DNA of 63,128 nt, counting the filler, from Conidiobolus incongruus B7586 (taxonomy: Eukaryota), in assembly GCA_000697335.1 (NCBI GenBank). It is 7 parts of 7 records of this genome, joined end to end, with 100 filler letters (N's around TTAATTAATTAA, not from the genome) between each part and the next. Parts side by side here need not be neighbours in the genome. Positions count along the whole stretch, not along the records: positions 26,690 to 46,373 come from JNEM01006034.1; positions 46,474 to 47,958 come from JNEM01006035.1; positions 48,059 to 51,243 come from JNEM01006037.1; positions 51,344 to 63,128 come from JNEM01006038.1; 3 more parts are not named here. One strand, written 5' to 3'. The translations under genes and the position numbers were made by a program. Positions 43,924-57,562 of this stretch are shown piece by piece; within the stretch, counting starts at the first letter, position 1, and every line of letters begins with the position of its first letter. The notes below the pieces were generated by a model. The model was not told the origin of the DNA. It saw nothing but the letters and a program-made list of their open reading frames with translations, and searched no databases.

Positions 43924-45610
43924 ATGCCGACAAATTCAAAAGAATTAAGTGCTTGTACTTGTGAAGGTTGTAGAAAATCAAGAGTTGCATGTTCCAGAGA
44001 ATTACCTTACTGTCAACGATGTTATAAGCGTAGGATGCCGTGTATTTATAAGGATCGTAAACGTACTTCATTCAGGTCTAAACTATTAACTGATGTATCC
44101 TTAATGAAAGAAGATAAAACTCTGAAATTTTTAGCACGCATTCCAATAAGTAAAAATCCCGGAGGCATCATATTAAACAAATATCAAGTGATTCAATTAT
44201 TGCTGAATATTAAGCCATTTCACAATATCCAATTCTCTAAAGACTCTTCCCAAGTTGAAATTGTTCAAACCGTGGGCGAAGTTGATACACCTAGACTAGT
44301 GATTATAGAGTCTTCAGATCCTATATTGAATAATGACCAATTTCATATAATACCTTCGGATCTCAATTTATTGCAAATGATCATAAATTCATTACCGCAA
44401 CATTTTTTGGATGGTTTAATATTGAATTACTTTAGCCAAACGCATTTAGCACATCCAGCTATTAGTAAATATAAATTTTTTAGTTCGAATTATATACCGC
44501 CACAGCATTTACTAGCTGCTATTTATTTAATTGGGTATTTGATACGGCCTCAGAATATAAATTGCTTTGGAATTTTGGAGCGATTCGCGAATTATCACTT
44601 GAAGCGGAATTTCTTTAAACCTAGTATTGAAACCATTCAAATGTTGCACATTATGTCAATGGTTTATAATATTTTAAATCAAGATGCTCTAATGTTGAAA
44701 TGTATTCATCAGATGATTACAATGGCCCACCAGTTAGGTCTTCATATAATGAGAGATAATATTTCGCCAATTGAAAAGCATGAAAGACTATTGATTTACA
44801 ATACAATCGTTGCAAGGAATTCATTTTGTGCATTAGTGTATTTAGAGCCTGCATACCTCTCCAATTTACAGTGTTTAAATTATAATCTGGACCCAATGTA
44901 TCAAATGCTACCACCGGTAACAAATAGTCAAACAAAGCATTACTATAACCTTCCCGAAAATGAAGCAGAAGTATTGTGCGACGATATGATAGAGGCATAT
45001 GGTATATGCACCTATTTTAAAGCAACCAGCAAATTCAGTGTCGTATTAAATACACTCATCATTGACTTTCATCTGAATCACCTGAATCAATATAAAACAT
45101 TCGACGAATTACGTCAATGTATTAACCATACTAGATCTAAGTTAGATACGTTTTTACTTCATTTTTTAAACTTATTTCTAAAGTTAAATGAGCAACTATC
45201 GCCAACCCAAACAAACAGTCATACCTTGAAATTATTAGTATGGCACTATCTATTCATTCACCACACATTCATTGTTACAATTTACAGTCAACGACCCCAA
45301 AGCATATCCCCAAATATACCATTCCCAAATCATCAAACTGATCAAGTTATCAAATCCATGCAAATTATGAAAACACTGTGCGAATTACATCCACCCAACT
45401 GGACCAGTTCAAGGTTCAATTATCTAACCATGTCTACATTATATAGTTTAAAAATTTATCAATATTTCAATGAAGAACAAAAATTCATAATGAACTCAAT
45501 AGTTCGTTTCAACTATCAATTAATTCAAATTCATAGTTACTTTTTCATGAATTGTGATAAAATTTTAAAAACTTTTGAATTAATGAGTCAATTATATAAT
45601 TTTAAAATCA

Positions 45611-45615
<5 letters not shown>
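43924..45615 (+). CDS. Zn(II)2Cys6 transcription factor with fungal-specific middle homology region
   Basis: CEGCRKSRVACSRELPYCQRCYKRRMPC; YFSQTHLAHPAI, PSIETIQ, MAHQLGLH; intronless 563 aa. Confidence 0.9.
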
Positions 45616-45642
<27 letters not shown>

Positions 45643-46373
45643 TGAAATAAGAACCAAAATAATTTCCTTATTTTGATTAATCAATTAATTAATTCAATAA
45701 ACGAAACGAAACAACTTTTTATATTCCATACAATAATCATTTTTACACTTATTCAAATATTAATGGTGATTACTATTACTAGTAAATCTTAAATTAGTAC
45801 AAACACACTTCGGTGTAAATTGAAATATCCAAAATCTCTCCCTCGAAATTATAAGAAAATATTGAAATAAATTAAAATTTCGGCAAAGTAGTGAGGATTT
45901 GAATAATATTGGAACCAATTACCCGTTGGAATGGAATATGTTAATTTTTGATCTTTAATTGATTTATATCTCAAATTAACTAAAATTTAATGGCAATTAA
46001 TTTTATGAAAATAACTAATAAAAAAATAACTAAATACCTATTAATTTTCAACCCAAAAAATTTCAATGCAAATAATTCAAAATAATATTCATAGAATATT
46101 GAACAATACAAAACAAACTCCCAATAGTCAACGTATAGTGAATAATATCGGATAAGTAGTGAAATTCGTGTATTTTAGAATTCAATTGAATTCTGTTAAA
46201 ATAAGATTTTTTTTAAACTTTATTAAATTATTATCGAACAATGTAATGAATAATCATAAATATTAAAATTTAATAATTATAAATCTTGAAATCTGATTTT
46301 TATAAAAAAAAGTTTCTTTTAATTAATTCAATAACTTAAACATTTCATTAAATAAATGTATATATATATATAT
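45615..46373. repeat. ~720-bp non-coding segment bounded by (TA)n tracts
   Basis: (TA)n at 45615-45642 and 46359-46373; short internal duplication TCGGCAAAGTAGTGAG / TCGGATAAGTAGTGAA. Confidence 0.35.
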
Positions 46374-47403
46374 NNNNNNNNNNNNNNNNNNNNNNNNNNN
46401 NNNNNNNNNNNNNNNNNTTAATTAATTAANNNNNNNNNNNNNNNNNNNNNNNNNNNNNNNNNNNNNNNNNNNNTTAATCTAATAAAAATCCAATTTTTTT
46501 AATTAGTAACTCAACTAAAATAAATATGAAGTAACAAATTTCGTGTACATAAAATTAAATAGTAATTTTCACATTATCTAGTAATTTCCTATAACTTATA
46601 AAATGCCTATAAGTTTTTAAAAAACTTAATATTATAATAATACTAATTATTATAATTAAATATATTAGAATTATTATTAATTCAATTCTTTTTTTATAAT
46701 TTTATTAAATGTGTTATTTTTAAAATTTAGAGTTGGATAATGTATTTATCTATTATATTATTGAATTAATAGTTATGGGATTTTCCTTTTGAATGATTTT
46801 ATTAATTTTCAATTTGATTCAATTTTGTTATTTCAATTTAGGTGATTTTAATTTATTGAAATTATTAATAATGAATATACACTTAAAATCAGATGATTAA
46901 AACAAAAGTTAAACAGTGTTCTAATATCTATTTTATGAATTTTATATAGATTGTTAAAAATAAAGCTTTGTCTATTGTACATTATACGTTGTAATATTAT
47001 CTTACGAATTTTATAGCATTTTAAAGAGTTGCTATTTTAACAATAGAGCACTACTTTCGATACTGATATGAAAAACAAATCTTGAAAAATATAACAAAGA
47101 CATAAAAATTGTATTGAGTGTTATTGATAAAATCGGTTAATTATCGATTACAATTAAATATAAAGTTATCCAAAGCAAAATATATATCTTGATTAATATA
47201 CATCTCCTTATTCCAAATATATTAAAGATGAGAAATGAGCAATAAAGAAATAGAATCAAAATATAAATAAAATAATATTTTATTTAAATTATTAAAGAAA
47301 TTTGCTTAAGTAATGCTAAATTTACAAATGAGAAAGACTGAAAAAATAGACTTACTTAGTCTATAGAGTGATTTAAATGATAGAAAAGAAATAATCAAAT
47401 CGC

Positions 47404-47958
47404 TTAATCAACTTCTTCCATGTTGGATTCACCTTGAACTTCTTCAAGAGCGGGGGCAGCGGCGGATTCATCAACTTCCATAACGGTTTCTTCGTCATCG
47501 ATGCTGAGACCGAGTTTGATCATACGGTGGATGCGGTTGGCGAAAGCGGAAGGATCATCTAAGGAGAAACCAGAGGTAAGGAGAGCGGTTTCATACAAGA
47601 GGTGAGTAAGATCCTTGACAGTGGAGTCGTTCTTGTCAACTTCGATCTTAGACTTGAGAGATTGGATGATGGGGTGCTTGGGGTTCAATTCCATAGTCTT
47701 CTTGGAAGCCATGTAGGAAGACATGGAAGTATCACGGAGAGCTTGAGCCTTCATGATACGTTCCATGTTAGCGGACCAACCGAATTGACCAGTAACCAAG
47801 ACACAAGGAGAGTTGACAATACGGTTAGAGATGGAGACCTTTTCAACCTTGGAGCCAAGGGTATCCTTGACGATCTTGCAAAGTTCTTCGTACTTGGCAA
47901 CTTCTTCTTCACGCTTCTTCTTTTCTTCTTCATCTTCGGGAAGTTCAAGACCTTCCTT
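47404..47958 (-). CDS. HSP90: Cytosolic Hsp90, C-terminal part (5' end lost in gap)
   Basis: [39 protein letters not shown], terminal MEEVD. Confidence 0.99.
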   Translation of the reverse strand, partial: KEGLELPEDEEEKKKREEEVAKYEELCKIVKDTLGSKVEKVSISNRIVNSPCVLVTGQFGWSANMERIMKAQALRDTSMSSYMASKKTMELNPKHPIIQSLKSKIEVDKNDSTVKDLTHLLYETALLTSGFSLDDPSAFANRIHRMIKLGLSIDDEETVMEVDESAAAPALEEVQGESNMEEVD

Positions 47959-48058
47959 NNNNNNNNNNNNNNNNNNNNNNNNNNNNNNNNNNNNNNNNNN
48001 NNTTAATTAATTAANNNNNNNNNNNNNNNNNNNNNNNNNNNNNNNNNNNNNNNNNNNN

Positions 48059-48710
48059 TAAGATTATTTTGACTAAATTCATCAAATAATATTTTAGTAA
48101 AAAATTATATAAGAAAATTAATAATTAATTAATTATGATATTTCATTATAAAAGCTTTATTTAATAATAATTATAGTTTTTTAAGTTTTTACTAAATTAT
48201 AAAATATTTATTTTATATTTCTATTAATTATTTTAAGTACAAATAATATATATATATATATATATTATACTTTTATATATAATTTTAAATTATTTTATTA
48301 ATATTTTAATTGAAATTAAAAAAGATTATTTAGTATTTTTTACTTTACAATAATTAAAAAAAACAATAATTAAAACTAGTTTTTTTAAATTTCAATAAGC
48401 TTTAGATAATTTTTTTCTAGCTTTAAAATAGTTTACCTGGTAATAAATAATTGATTTAAATAAAATATCAATTTAAAAACTATTAATAAATTTTAATATT
48501 TTAAAGAATTTATGGTCAAGTTTTATAATAATAATTTAAAAAACTCTTAATGATTATTGTTTTTAAACATGATAGAATTAAATAATAAATTTTCAATAGT
48601 TAATTTTTAATGAAAAAAACATTATATATATATATTTGAAATTCATAATATGGTTGAAATATCAGAAATTAAAAAATTACTCATTTCTTCAATCCTAAAG
48701 TAATAGTTTG
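48059..48710 (-). repeat. Left arm of a long degenerate inverted repeat
   Basis: Collinear reverse-complement matches to 50568-51243: 48198-48220 = rc(51117-51139), 23/23; 48421-48468 vs 50873-50920, 41/48 ungapped. Confidence 0.85.
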
Positions 48711-50433
48711 ATTAAATCTGCTCAAAGCTACATTTTGATTCCTATTAATCAGGTGTGAATTCATTCGTTCTTTATTATCTTATTTTACTAATCTTTCTTT
48801 TAGTATGTTCAAAGATATCTTTCTACGCATACATTCAACCATGTCCATCATCTCTCTTTGGATTTCCATATTAAGAAAAAACCTGGTGAATTAGTTATCA
48901 TTGATCGAGGCGTGCAAAGCATTGGATCCTTGAACAACTACATTCTCTTCAAATTGCTCACTATTTTTCTTGAAATCGGGCTCTAATCTTTCGTTGTCTT
49001 CCATTAACTTCCTTACCTGTATAGTGTTATCCTTTTATTTGCTATGATTTTTTATGCATGAGCTATTATCTTTGTTACCAAATGGAGAAACAAGTTCAGA
49101 TTGAGTAAGATTGAAAAAGAAAACCAAATTAGTTCTAACATTATTGATAATTTGACCAACTTCGAAACTGTCAGGTATTTCAAAGGTGAGAAATATGAAC
49201 TAAAGCATTAAAGAATGCTACCGTAGCTTACCAAAAAGAGGAATATAAAGCCAGCGTTTCGCTTTCCTCTTTGAATTTGACCCAAAACTTCATTTTGGTC
49301 TTGGGCAATTAATTGGTTCTCGGCTCGCCATTTATCAAATAACTTAAGTTGAGCGCGATGTTGATGATATTGTATTATTCCAAGTTTCCTTTCTCCAACT
49401 GGCAACCACTCTCAATTCCTTTGGTACCTTCTATATGATTATTCAGCAGAGTTATATTGATATGGATAAGTTGGTTGACTTATTAGATCAAAAACTATCT
49501 GCCACAGAAGGTCCGTCTGCCACCGATCTTATTCCTGGTTCTGGTGAAATCGTATTTGATAACTTTACTTTCTTTTATCAATCCGATACTCCCGCCTCAA
49601 AGAAGGTTTCTTTCAAAGCATTACCAGGCCAAAATTGCTCTTGTTGGTCCTACTGGAAATAGAAAATCTTTTATTTAGGAGATTTATTAAGAATCTATGA
49701 TATTGAATTAGGAACTATTTATGTCAATGGTCAAGATATCTGCAAAGTAACTTGATCTAGTCTTAGAAAAGCAATTGGTGTTGTGCCCCGAGATATGGTC
49801 TTATTCAATTTTACGATTAAACATAATATTTTATATGGTGACCCAGAGGCTTCTTATAAACAAATGGTAGATGCAGCTAAATGATCAAAGATCCATGATA
49901 TAATATTATCCTTCCCTAATGGTTACAATACTTTAGTTGGAGAAAGAGAGTTAAGACTTTCATGAGGTGAAAAGCAGAGAGCTGCAATTGGTAATTATCA
50001 TATCTTTCAATAATTATTTTGTTTAATATTTTATATTAGTAAGAACAATTTTGAAAAATCCTAGCATCATATTACCTGATAAGGCTACCTCTGCTCTTGA
50101 TGTGCAAGTTTATTTCATTTAAATCAATTTTTAAGTATTTTATTAATATATTTATACAGGACTACTGAATGCGAAATCCAATCATCTCTTCACTCCTTTA
50201 CAACTGGAAGAACTAGTATATCAGTTGCTCACCGCCTGACCACCATCATGAATAGTTATCTGACTTTATACATTAAAGATGGTAATGTCATGGAGTAAGG
50301 TGTTCTTGATCAACTTTTGAGTAAAGAGAATGGATTGCATAGAGCTATGTGGCTCAAACAATTAGAAGAACACTCCAATTCTGTTGGAACTGGATCTCTT
50401 TACGAATATTGAGAATCTAAAATCAATAATTGA
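48710..50433 (+). pseudogene. 5'-truncated, intron-retaining HMT1/ABCB6-type half ABC transporter pseudogene
   Basis: YILIPINQ|YVQRYLS..TFNHVHHLSLDFHIKKKPGE...IDRG, NFETVRYF, QQSYIDMDKL; degenerate Walker A GPTGNRKS, signature LS*GEKQR, Walker B LPDKATSALD, AHRLTTI; many stops and frameshifts. Confidence 0.9.
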
Positions 50434-50455
50434 TTAATAATATTTCAATCTTCAA

Positions 50456-51243
50456 TCATTGAAATATTAAATTATTATAATTTTTGTAATTATAGTAAAA
50501 CTACTAACCAATTAATAAAATTAAGAATATCAAGTTTAGATATTTATTATTTTATTTTATATTATTAAATTATTACCTTGAATTTAAAATAATGGGAAAT
50601 TTTTTAATTTTTGATTTTTCAAACATATTATTAGTTTGAAATGAATAAGTATATACAAAGTTAATAGGAGATTATATATTTTTAATATATATATATATAT
50701 ATAAATATAATAATTTTTTTGATTAAAAAATTAACTTTTTAAAATTGGTTGTTTAATTTAAATATACTTAAACTAAATAGTAATCATCAAAAGTTTTTTA
50801 TTTTAGTATTAGTAAAACTTAACTATAAGCTTTTTAAAATTATTTAAAATTTACAAGTAACTTTTAATAATAATATATTATCTAAATCAATAATTTATTA
50901 TTAGATAAATTATTTTAAAGTTAAAAAAGATATTATTTAAAACTTGTTAAAATTTAAAAAATTAACTCTAATTATTATTTTTTAATTATTAATAAAGTAA
51001 AAAAATATATTAAAAAATATTTTTTTTATTTTAGTTAAAGAATTATCTAAGTATTTTAATATTAATCTTATAAGTATTTTATATATATTAAAACTTATAT
51101 TTAAATTATTAAATAAAAATATAAAATAAATATTTTATATTTTAATTAAAGCTTAAAAAAATTAAAATAGTTATTATTAAATGAAATTTATTAAAATATT
51201 ATTAGAAATTTAAACTTTTATAATAAATAATTATAATTGATAT
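50456..51243 (+). repeat. Right arm of a long degenerate inverted repeat
   Basis: Reverse complement of 48059-48710; its inner part also matches 12794-12933 directly. Confidence 0.85.
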
Positions 51244-51343
51244 NNNNNNNNNNNNNNNNNNNNNNNNNNNNNNNNNNNNNNNNNNNNTTAATTAATTAAN
51301 NNNNNNNNNNNNNNNNNNNNNNNNNNNNNNNNNNNNNNNNNNN

Positions 51344-52756
51344 GCTGGTAACATTTTTATCAAGAACCTTGACCCCACCATTGATAACAAAGCTCTTCAT
51401 GACACTTTCTCCGCTTTTGGCAATATCCTCAGCTGCAAGGTTGCCACTGATGCTTCTGGTAAATCTAAAGGCTACGGTTTTGTCCACTTTGAAAGCAGTG
51501 AAGCCGCCGAAAATGCCATTTCCCAAGTTAATGGTATGATGCTCAACGACCAAATTGTCTATGTTGGTCACCATATCCCCATCAAGGACCGCGGTGATAA
51601 GTCTGCCAAACTCGAAGAAACTTACACCAATGTCTATGTCAAGAACTTGGATCCTTCCATCGACGATGCTAAATTGAAGGAATTATTCGACAAATACGGT
51701 ACTATCACCTCTGCTGCCGTCAGTGTTGATGACCAAGGTAACTCCAAGGGATTCGGTTTTGTTAACTTCGAAAAGCACGAATCTGCCGTTGCCGCCGTCG
51801 AAGGATTGAATGATACTGAACACAATGGTAAGAAATTGACTGTTTGCCGTGCTCAAATGAAATCTGAAAGACAAGAACTTCTTACTCGCCAATTTGAACA
51901 AGCTAAACAAGAAAAGCTTCTCAAGACCCAAAACGTCAACTTATACGTTAAGAATCTTGATCTAAGTATCGATGATCAAATCCTCCACCAGACTTTCGAA
52001 TCCTTTGGCCCTATCACCAGCGCTAAGGTTATGCGTGACGACAACGGCCAATCCAAAGGTTTTGGATTTGTCTGCTTCGCTTCCCCCGAGCACGCCAGCA
52101 AAGCTATTCACGATATGAATGGATTCCTTTTGTATAACAAGCCCCTCTACGTCTCTCTTGCTCAACGTAAGGAAGAACGTCGCAACTACTTGGAATCTCA
52201 ACGTCATCAAGCTCGTCTCCACTCCTCTGGTGCTCCCAACATGTTCCCTGGCAACCCCATGTTCTTCCCCAACGGTCCCTTCCCTCCCACCAACCAACCC
52301 AACTTTGGTTACAACGGTCCCCAACAAGGTCGTTTCGTTTCTAACCAACGCCAACGTTGGAACCCTAACCAAGCTCCTAATGTTCCCCAACAATATGCTC
52401 CTGGTTTCTTAGGTCACAACCAAGGATCTGCTCCTCGTCAACCCAAGCAAGCTGCTCAACAACAAGCTCCCGCTCCCAAGCCTGCTCCTCAAGCTGAACC
52501 TGAAGACCCCAATGCCCTCACCGCCGCCCGTTTGGCCGCTGCTGAACCTGAAATGCAGAAGCAAATGCTCGGAGAACACCTCTTCCCTCTCGTTGCCGAA
52601 ATCGATGCCGAACAAGCTGGTAAGATTACTGGTATGTTGTTAGAAATGGATAATGGTGAATTGTTGTACTTGATTGAAAACCACGAAGCTTTGACCGCTA
52701 AAGTTAACGAAGCTTTACAAGTTCTCTCTCACCACGCTGCCTCTTCCACCAACTAA
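51344..52756 (+). CDS. PAB1: Polyadenylate-binding protein (RRM1 lost in gap)
   Basis: GNIFIKNLDPTIDNKALHDTFSAFGNILSCKV, RRM3 and RRM4 with KGFGFV, and MLLE domain QKQMLGEHLF...KITGMLLEMDN. Confidence 0.98.
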   Translation, partial: AGNIFIKNLDPTIDNKALHDTFSAFGNILSCKVATDASGKSKGYGFVHFESSEAAENAISQVNGMMLNDQIVYVGHHIPIKDRGDKSAKLEETYTNVYVKNLDPSIDDAKLKELFDKYGTITSAAVSVDDQGNSKGFGFVNFEKHESAVAAVEGLNDTEHNGKKLTVCRAQMKSERQELLTRQFEQAKQEKLLKTQNVNLYVKNLDLSIDDQILHQTFESFGPITSAKVMRDDNGQSKGFGFVCFASPEHASKAIHDMNGFLLYNKPLYVSLAQRKEERRNYLESQRHQARLHSSGAPNMFPGNPMFFPNGPFPPTNQPNFGYNGPQQGRFVSNQRQRWNPNQAPNVPQQYAPGFLGHNQGSAPRQPKQAAQQQAPAPKPAPQAEPEDPNALTAARLAAAEPEMQKQMLGEHLFPLVAEIDAEQAGKITGMLLEMDNGELLYLIENHEALTAKVNEALQVLSHHAASSTN

Positions 52757-53706
52757 GGTGTCCTTTGTTATATAGCATTTAACGTGATTCACTCTTATCT
52801 TACAATTTCATTTATTTCATTTACGTCAACATTTATGAAATAAATTTTCATGCTCACTGTTTTCTCATATTAATGAAAATAGAAAATTATTAAATATATA
52901 TATATATATATTATATAAAGATATTTATTAACTAATTTTATTATTTATATCAATTAAATATATTTACACATTATATGAGAGAAGAATAATTAATTTATAT
53001 AGGTATATTATGTTTATATCACACCTTATTGTTTAAATAATATTTGAATTATTTTAATAACTTTAAATTTGATAAATTGTATACTATTTTTTACTATTCA
53101 CTTTTTTGATTAAAATATTATGAATTATATAATCAATATTTCAATGGCATTAAATTTTTTTAAATAATATTATTTAACGAATATAATATTCAATATCAAT
53201 TTAATAAGTCAATATCCTCTATAACTGGAATAGATAAACTCTACCAATTTTAAGGTTTCATTTTGTTATTTTAACCAATATATTCAAAAAAACAAACAAT
53301 ATTTCAATTTTTATTTAATAGTTGGTGTGATTAAGTCTGTTCAAGCGATAAAATTAAATAACATTTAAACTATTATGCTATTAGAGTATATATATCATTT
53401 TATTAATTATATATATATATATATATATAAGGTATAATAAAAATTTCAAAAAATTGGGATTTTGATTTATTCAATAATAAAATATTAAATTTTCAAAAAT
53501 TTCTAATTCATATTTTATAATTTGTGAAATGAATACATCATATAATTAGTTGTAAGTATTAAAATCACTATCTTTGTATAATTGTTAAAACTATTTTACA
53601 ATGAATATATCAAAATAAATACTTGAAGCAAATCCTATTATAATTGCATTATTAAATTTTTAATATGAAAATAATTGGATTAAGATATTTATTAAAATAT
53701 TTATAA

Positions 53707-54423
53707 TTAATTTTCAATTTGAGCTAAATTGGTATTGATTTTAATTTGAATGTCTTTGTCGAAATAATGTTCTTGAGTATCTTCTTCAAGGTGACCATTT
53801 TCGTTCACTAAACAAAGGAATTGAATATCCTAAAATCAAACATAGAATTAATGAATAAATATGTTATTAAATTATTTTGGTGAGTTTACTTTGTTCAAAG
53901 CAATCATGGGATGGTGCCAGACATTATCATAGTAATTAATAGCTTGTTGGCCATTAGCTAAGAAGGCTTCGAGTTTGGTTAAATCGGGTTGATCTTTTTC
54001 AGTGTCGTTAGGAGCTACCAAAACAATATAATAAGTGTTTACATCACTATTGAGTGGATAAAAACTTTGGGTACTATAAGGGTGACGTTCCAATAAATGA
54101 ACTCTGAATTGGTCATTTGGAGTATCTCTTTTGATACAGTTGAAATAGCAAACGTTAAGTTCAGCGGGTTTTTTGGAGGGGTTGCTTAAAATCGATACAT
54201 GTTCAGGTCTCTGGTTTCTGACCTCAAAAATATGGTTTACACGTTTGGCTGTACCTTGATTAGCCGTAGCGACATTTGCATCACTGGCTCCGTAATTATA
54301 GACTTGGCCGTAAGCCTTGAAGCTTTCTTGATTTATGTATCTCAAAGGGAGAATTTGTTCAGAAGCAACCATATTAGATGACGAAATAAAATGTATATTA
54401 TATTTTTCTTTTTGTGCAGTCAT
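53707..54423 (-). CDS. DAL3: Ureidoglycolate lyase/hydrolase (1 intron near the 3' end)
   Basis: FKAYGQV, ANQGTAKR, LLERHPYSTQSFYPL, LEAFLANGQQAINY..VWHHPMIAL, then DIQFLCLVNENG. Confidence 0.92.
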
Positions 54424-55499
54424 TTATAAAATTTTTAATGAGGTATTTATACATCGTTTGTAAAAATCATATGAGCCACATTGATCAAAATTACTTGGTG
54501 ATTAATTTTAAATAATGGATTGTAATTCCATTTTTTATGGAATTAAATCAATCAAATGATAGTAAAGTCAGTTTGTATGGATGATGAATGGATTTATACT
54601 TGATAAAAGAAATTACATAAAAAAATTTGTATTTGTATTATATATTACCAATATATATTGCTTGATAATTGATATTATATGACTTTTTTATTGCTTTTAT
54701 ACTTTGATTACATTTATTAAATGCTAAATAATCAGTATATATATACATATATGCAAATAAACATTGTTATCAACTTTAAAACCATAGATTAAAGGACTAT
54801 TACTTTAATAACTAATCATATTGGCATGGGTCATACTGAATCAAACTGAACCACTAACTTACCAATTTGACAACTTAACTGCTTATCACACCATTTTAAT
54901 ATTCATTTCGTTTGTTAACAGGATTGATTTAAAGCAGTTTAATAGATAAGATAGATGCAAGCTAATTTACATTCAAGATAAAATTCTTGGTTTTATTTTC
55001 CCTCTGAATACATGGGCAATTATTCAAAGTAAAATTGATTAATATTAGTAATAAGTCAGGGAGCAATAACGCCTTATTTAGATATATAAACCTTGACAAT
55101 TTTAAAAAATTGATGCTATTTAGTTAAGCTTATTTCAACATTAACGCTTTATATGATTAATTATATATTTTATATCAATTGATTTTTTATTACGATATTA
55201 CTCTCTATATTCTATCAAGAGAGAAATATTTAATATTTTTACAACAGTATATTCAAAATGTTACTATCAATCAAATTTTGAGATATTAATTAATATATAT
55301 CATTGGTCTAAAAACTATTTGAATTAAGTTATTAATTTTATTAATGTTTAATAATGCACTAAATACTTTATATATTTGACAACAAATTTGGTAATTTTTT
55401 TCAAATGACACAGATCAAAATGAATAATTATAATTTTTTTAAACTATTCCACATCAAATATTGGACAAAGCTGTGTATATCAAATCTATAGGTATTTTA

Positions 55500-56050
55500 T
55501 ATTTAAATTGACTTGAATCGCAGGAAGATATAATATATTTTGAATATTTAAAATCGAAGCAACAATCTATTATGGCTATTATTTTGAAAATGTGTATCCA
55601 GTAGTTACACCATTTCAATTACTCAGCTATATTATATGATTTAAATTTACATAATGGCTGTATTATTTATTGTAATTCAATTAATATTGTAATTTTAATC
55701 ATCCATTTAACTTTAAGGAATAATCATAAATGCAAATTTTTAAAAACTAGCTTTATATCCGTGATACTATCTTTTAATAGCATGTTGTATATTCAATATA
55801 TTTGATTGATTCATTGATAATTAATCTTGTATTCCTTAATATCATATACCTATATCATGTTTTTGTATTAATATTTATTATAAATATTCAATTTAAAATA
55901 ATCAGATCCATTAATCAAAGAAATAATATTTACGAACCATTTTCAATACCAAAAATTTTCAACACATTATGGCCTAAAAAATATTTGAATATTTAAACTA
56001 TAGATTATGAAAACCCATGAGATTTCATTTTTATTGATGAATATACTCTA
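55500..56050 (+). pseudogene. Probable decayed Zn2Cys6/fungal-TF middle-domain remnant (boundaries approximate)
   Basis: IYYGYYFENVYPVVTPF and IMAVLFIV resemble the YF...HP...LLAAIYLIG block of the intact TF at 43924; many stops. Confidence 0.3.
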
Positions 56051-57562
56051 TTTGATATTACATTTCTAATTTATAATGTATTAAAAATTCGGTCAAATTA
56101 TTACCTATTCCAATAAAATTTCATAATTCATTTTTCCGATAGTAAGTAGTTTATAAAATGTAAATTTTCTATTTTATACAAATTTATTATAGGAATAGTA
56201 TGACATATGGATAACAAAAATAAAACAATTATTAATTAAGAGTAGATGATTTTTAATATTAGATTTTCAAGTTTAAAAATTTCAAATAATTTTTAAATGT
56301 TAAATTTTAAAAATTAATTCAATAAAATACTATTGAATTCAATATTAAATAAGTTCACTGACCCAATATATAAAAAACTATATCGTAGTATTAGAACTCA
56401 AACTATATTTTTTATAATGATTTGTATAAGAATATTAACTTAGCAACAATTAATGGGAATGATAATAATTATTTAAATTGATTGATGAATATTTGTATGA
56501 TTTTATATTGAAATTTTTAAACTTGCAAAGCTAAAAGGGTAAAGGATATATCGTATTGATTTTTAATTATACTAATTTTGGATAATAGAATTATCCATTG
56601 AAGAAAGGGAAAATCTATTTATTAGTTGGTAAATCACATTTAATATAGTTGAATAATTTCTTATTAAAACAATGTGAAAATGTAGTATTATACATATAAT
56701 CGTTAGCCACTGTTTATTTTTTGTGGTTTAATTTATCCAACTATTCGCAATTTTCAGATAGTAACAAATATCGAATTTGTTTATTATTTAACAATCAATT
56801 AATTATATTTTAAAAGGTTATATGTATATATATATACATTAAGAAGATATGGAATTTAGTGATGATTTTTGAGTTATATTGACGAGCTATACGAATAATG
56901 TAGTTTAGTTGATACAATAATATTTAGTAGTCACTGTTCTATAATGGTGTCAATGTGGTCAAGTTTAATCGAAATTTAAACAGAATTAACTAATGAAAAG
57001 TATCTTCCACAAATATTATATTTTACAACGTTGTATATTTCAATATGAACAGTATTATATTTTTATATAATTGAATTTCTATTCAATCACGTTGATAATA
57101 ATGTTTATGCTGGATGGTAGAATTTTGATTGTAGCGTTTTTGAATGAAAGATAATATATTCTCTATGGTATAAATTAGATTCAAAGCCGGAAATCAGAAA
57201 TCAAGTATATTTAGCTTCTGAAAAGATATCAATGAAATTGATGTTTGTGAAAATATTGTAGATCATATCATATCTTGATTAAAATTGAGTTTGGAAGATT
57301 AAGTGGGAAAACCTGTTTGAATTCATTACATTACTTCTATAAAAATGAATAGCAACCACATTATGTAGCCTATCAAATAAATAATACAATGATAAATATC
57401 AAATAGAATTATTTAAAACTTGCTATGTTCTCAATCTAATTACCGAAATGATGTGAAATCAACAAATTGGACTTAACTATATAAATAAAATTATTGGGAT
57501 GAGACGTGGAATTTAAAAAGATAAAATCAGTGACATAATCCTCACCTATCACTCGAATTAAA

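Noticed and set aside
54590..54780. GATAA motifs upstream of DAL3 (nitrogen-catabolite regulation)
   Set aside because: GATAA is expected frequently in such AT-rich DNA; no clear clustering.
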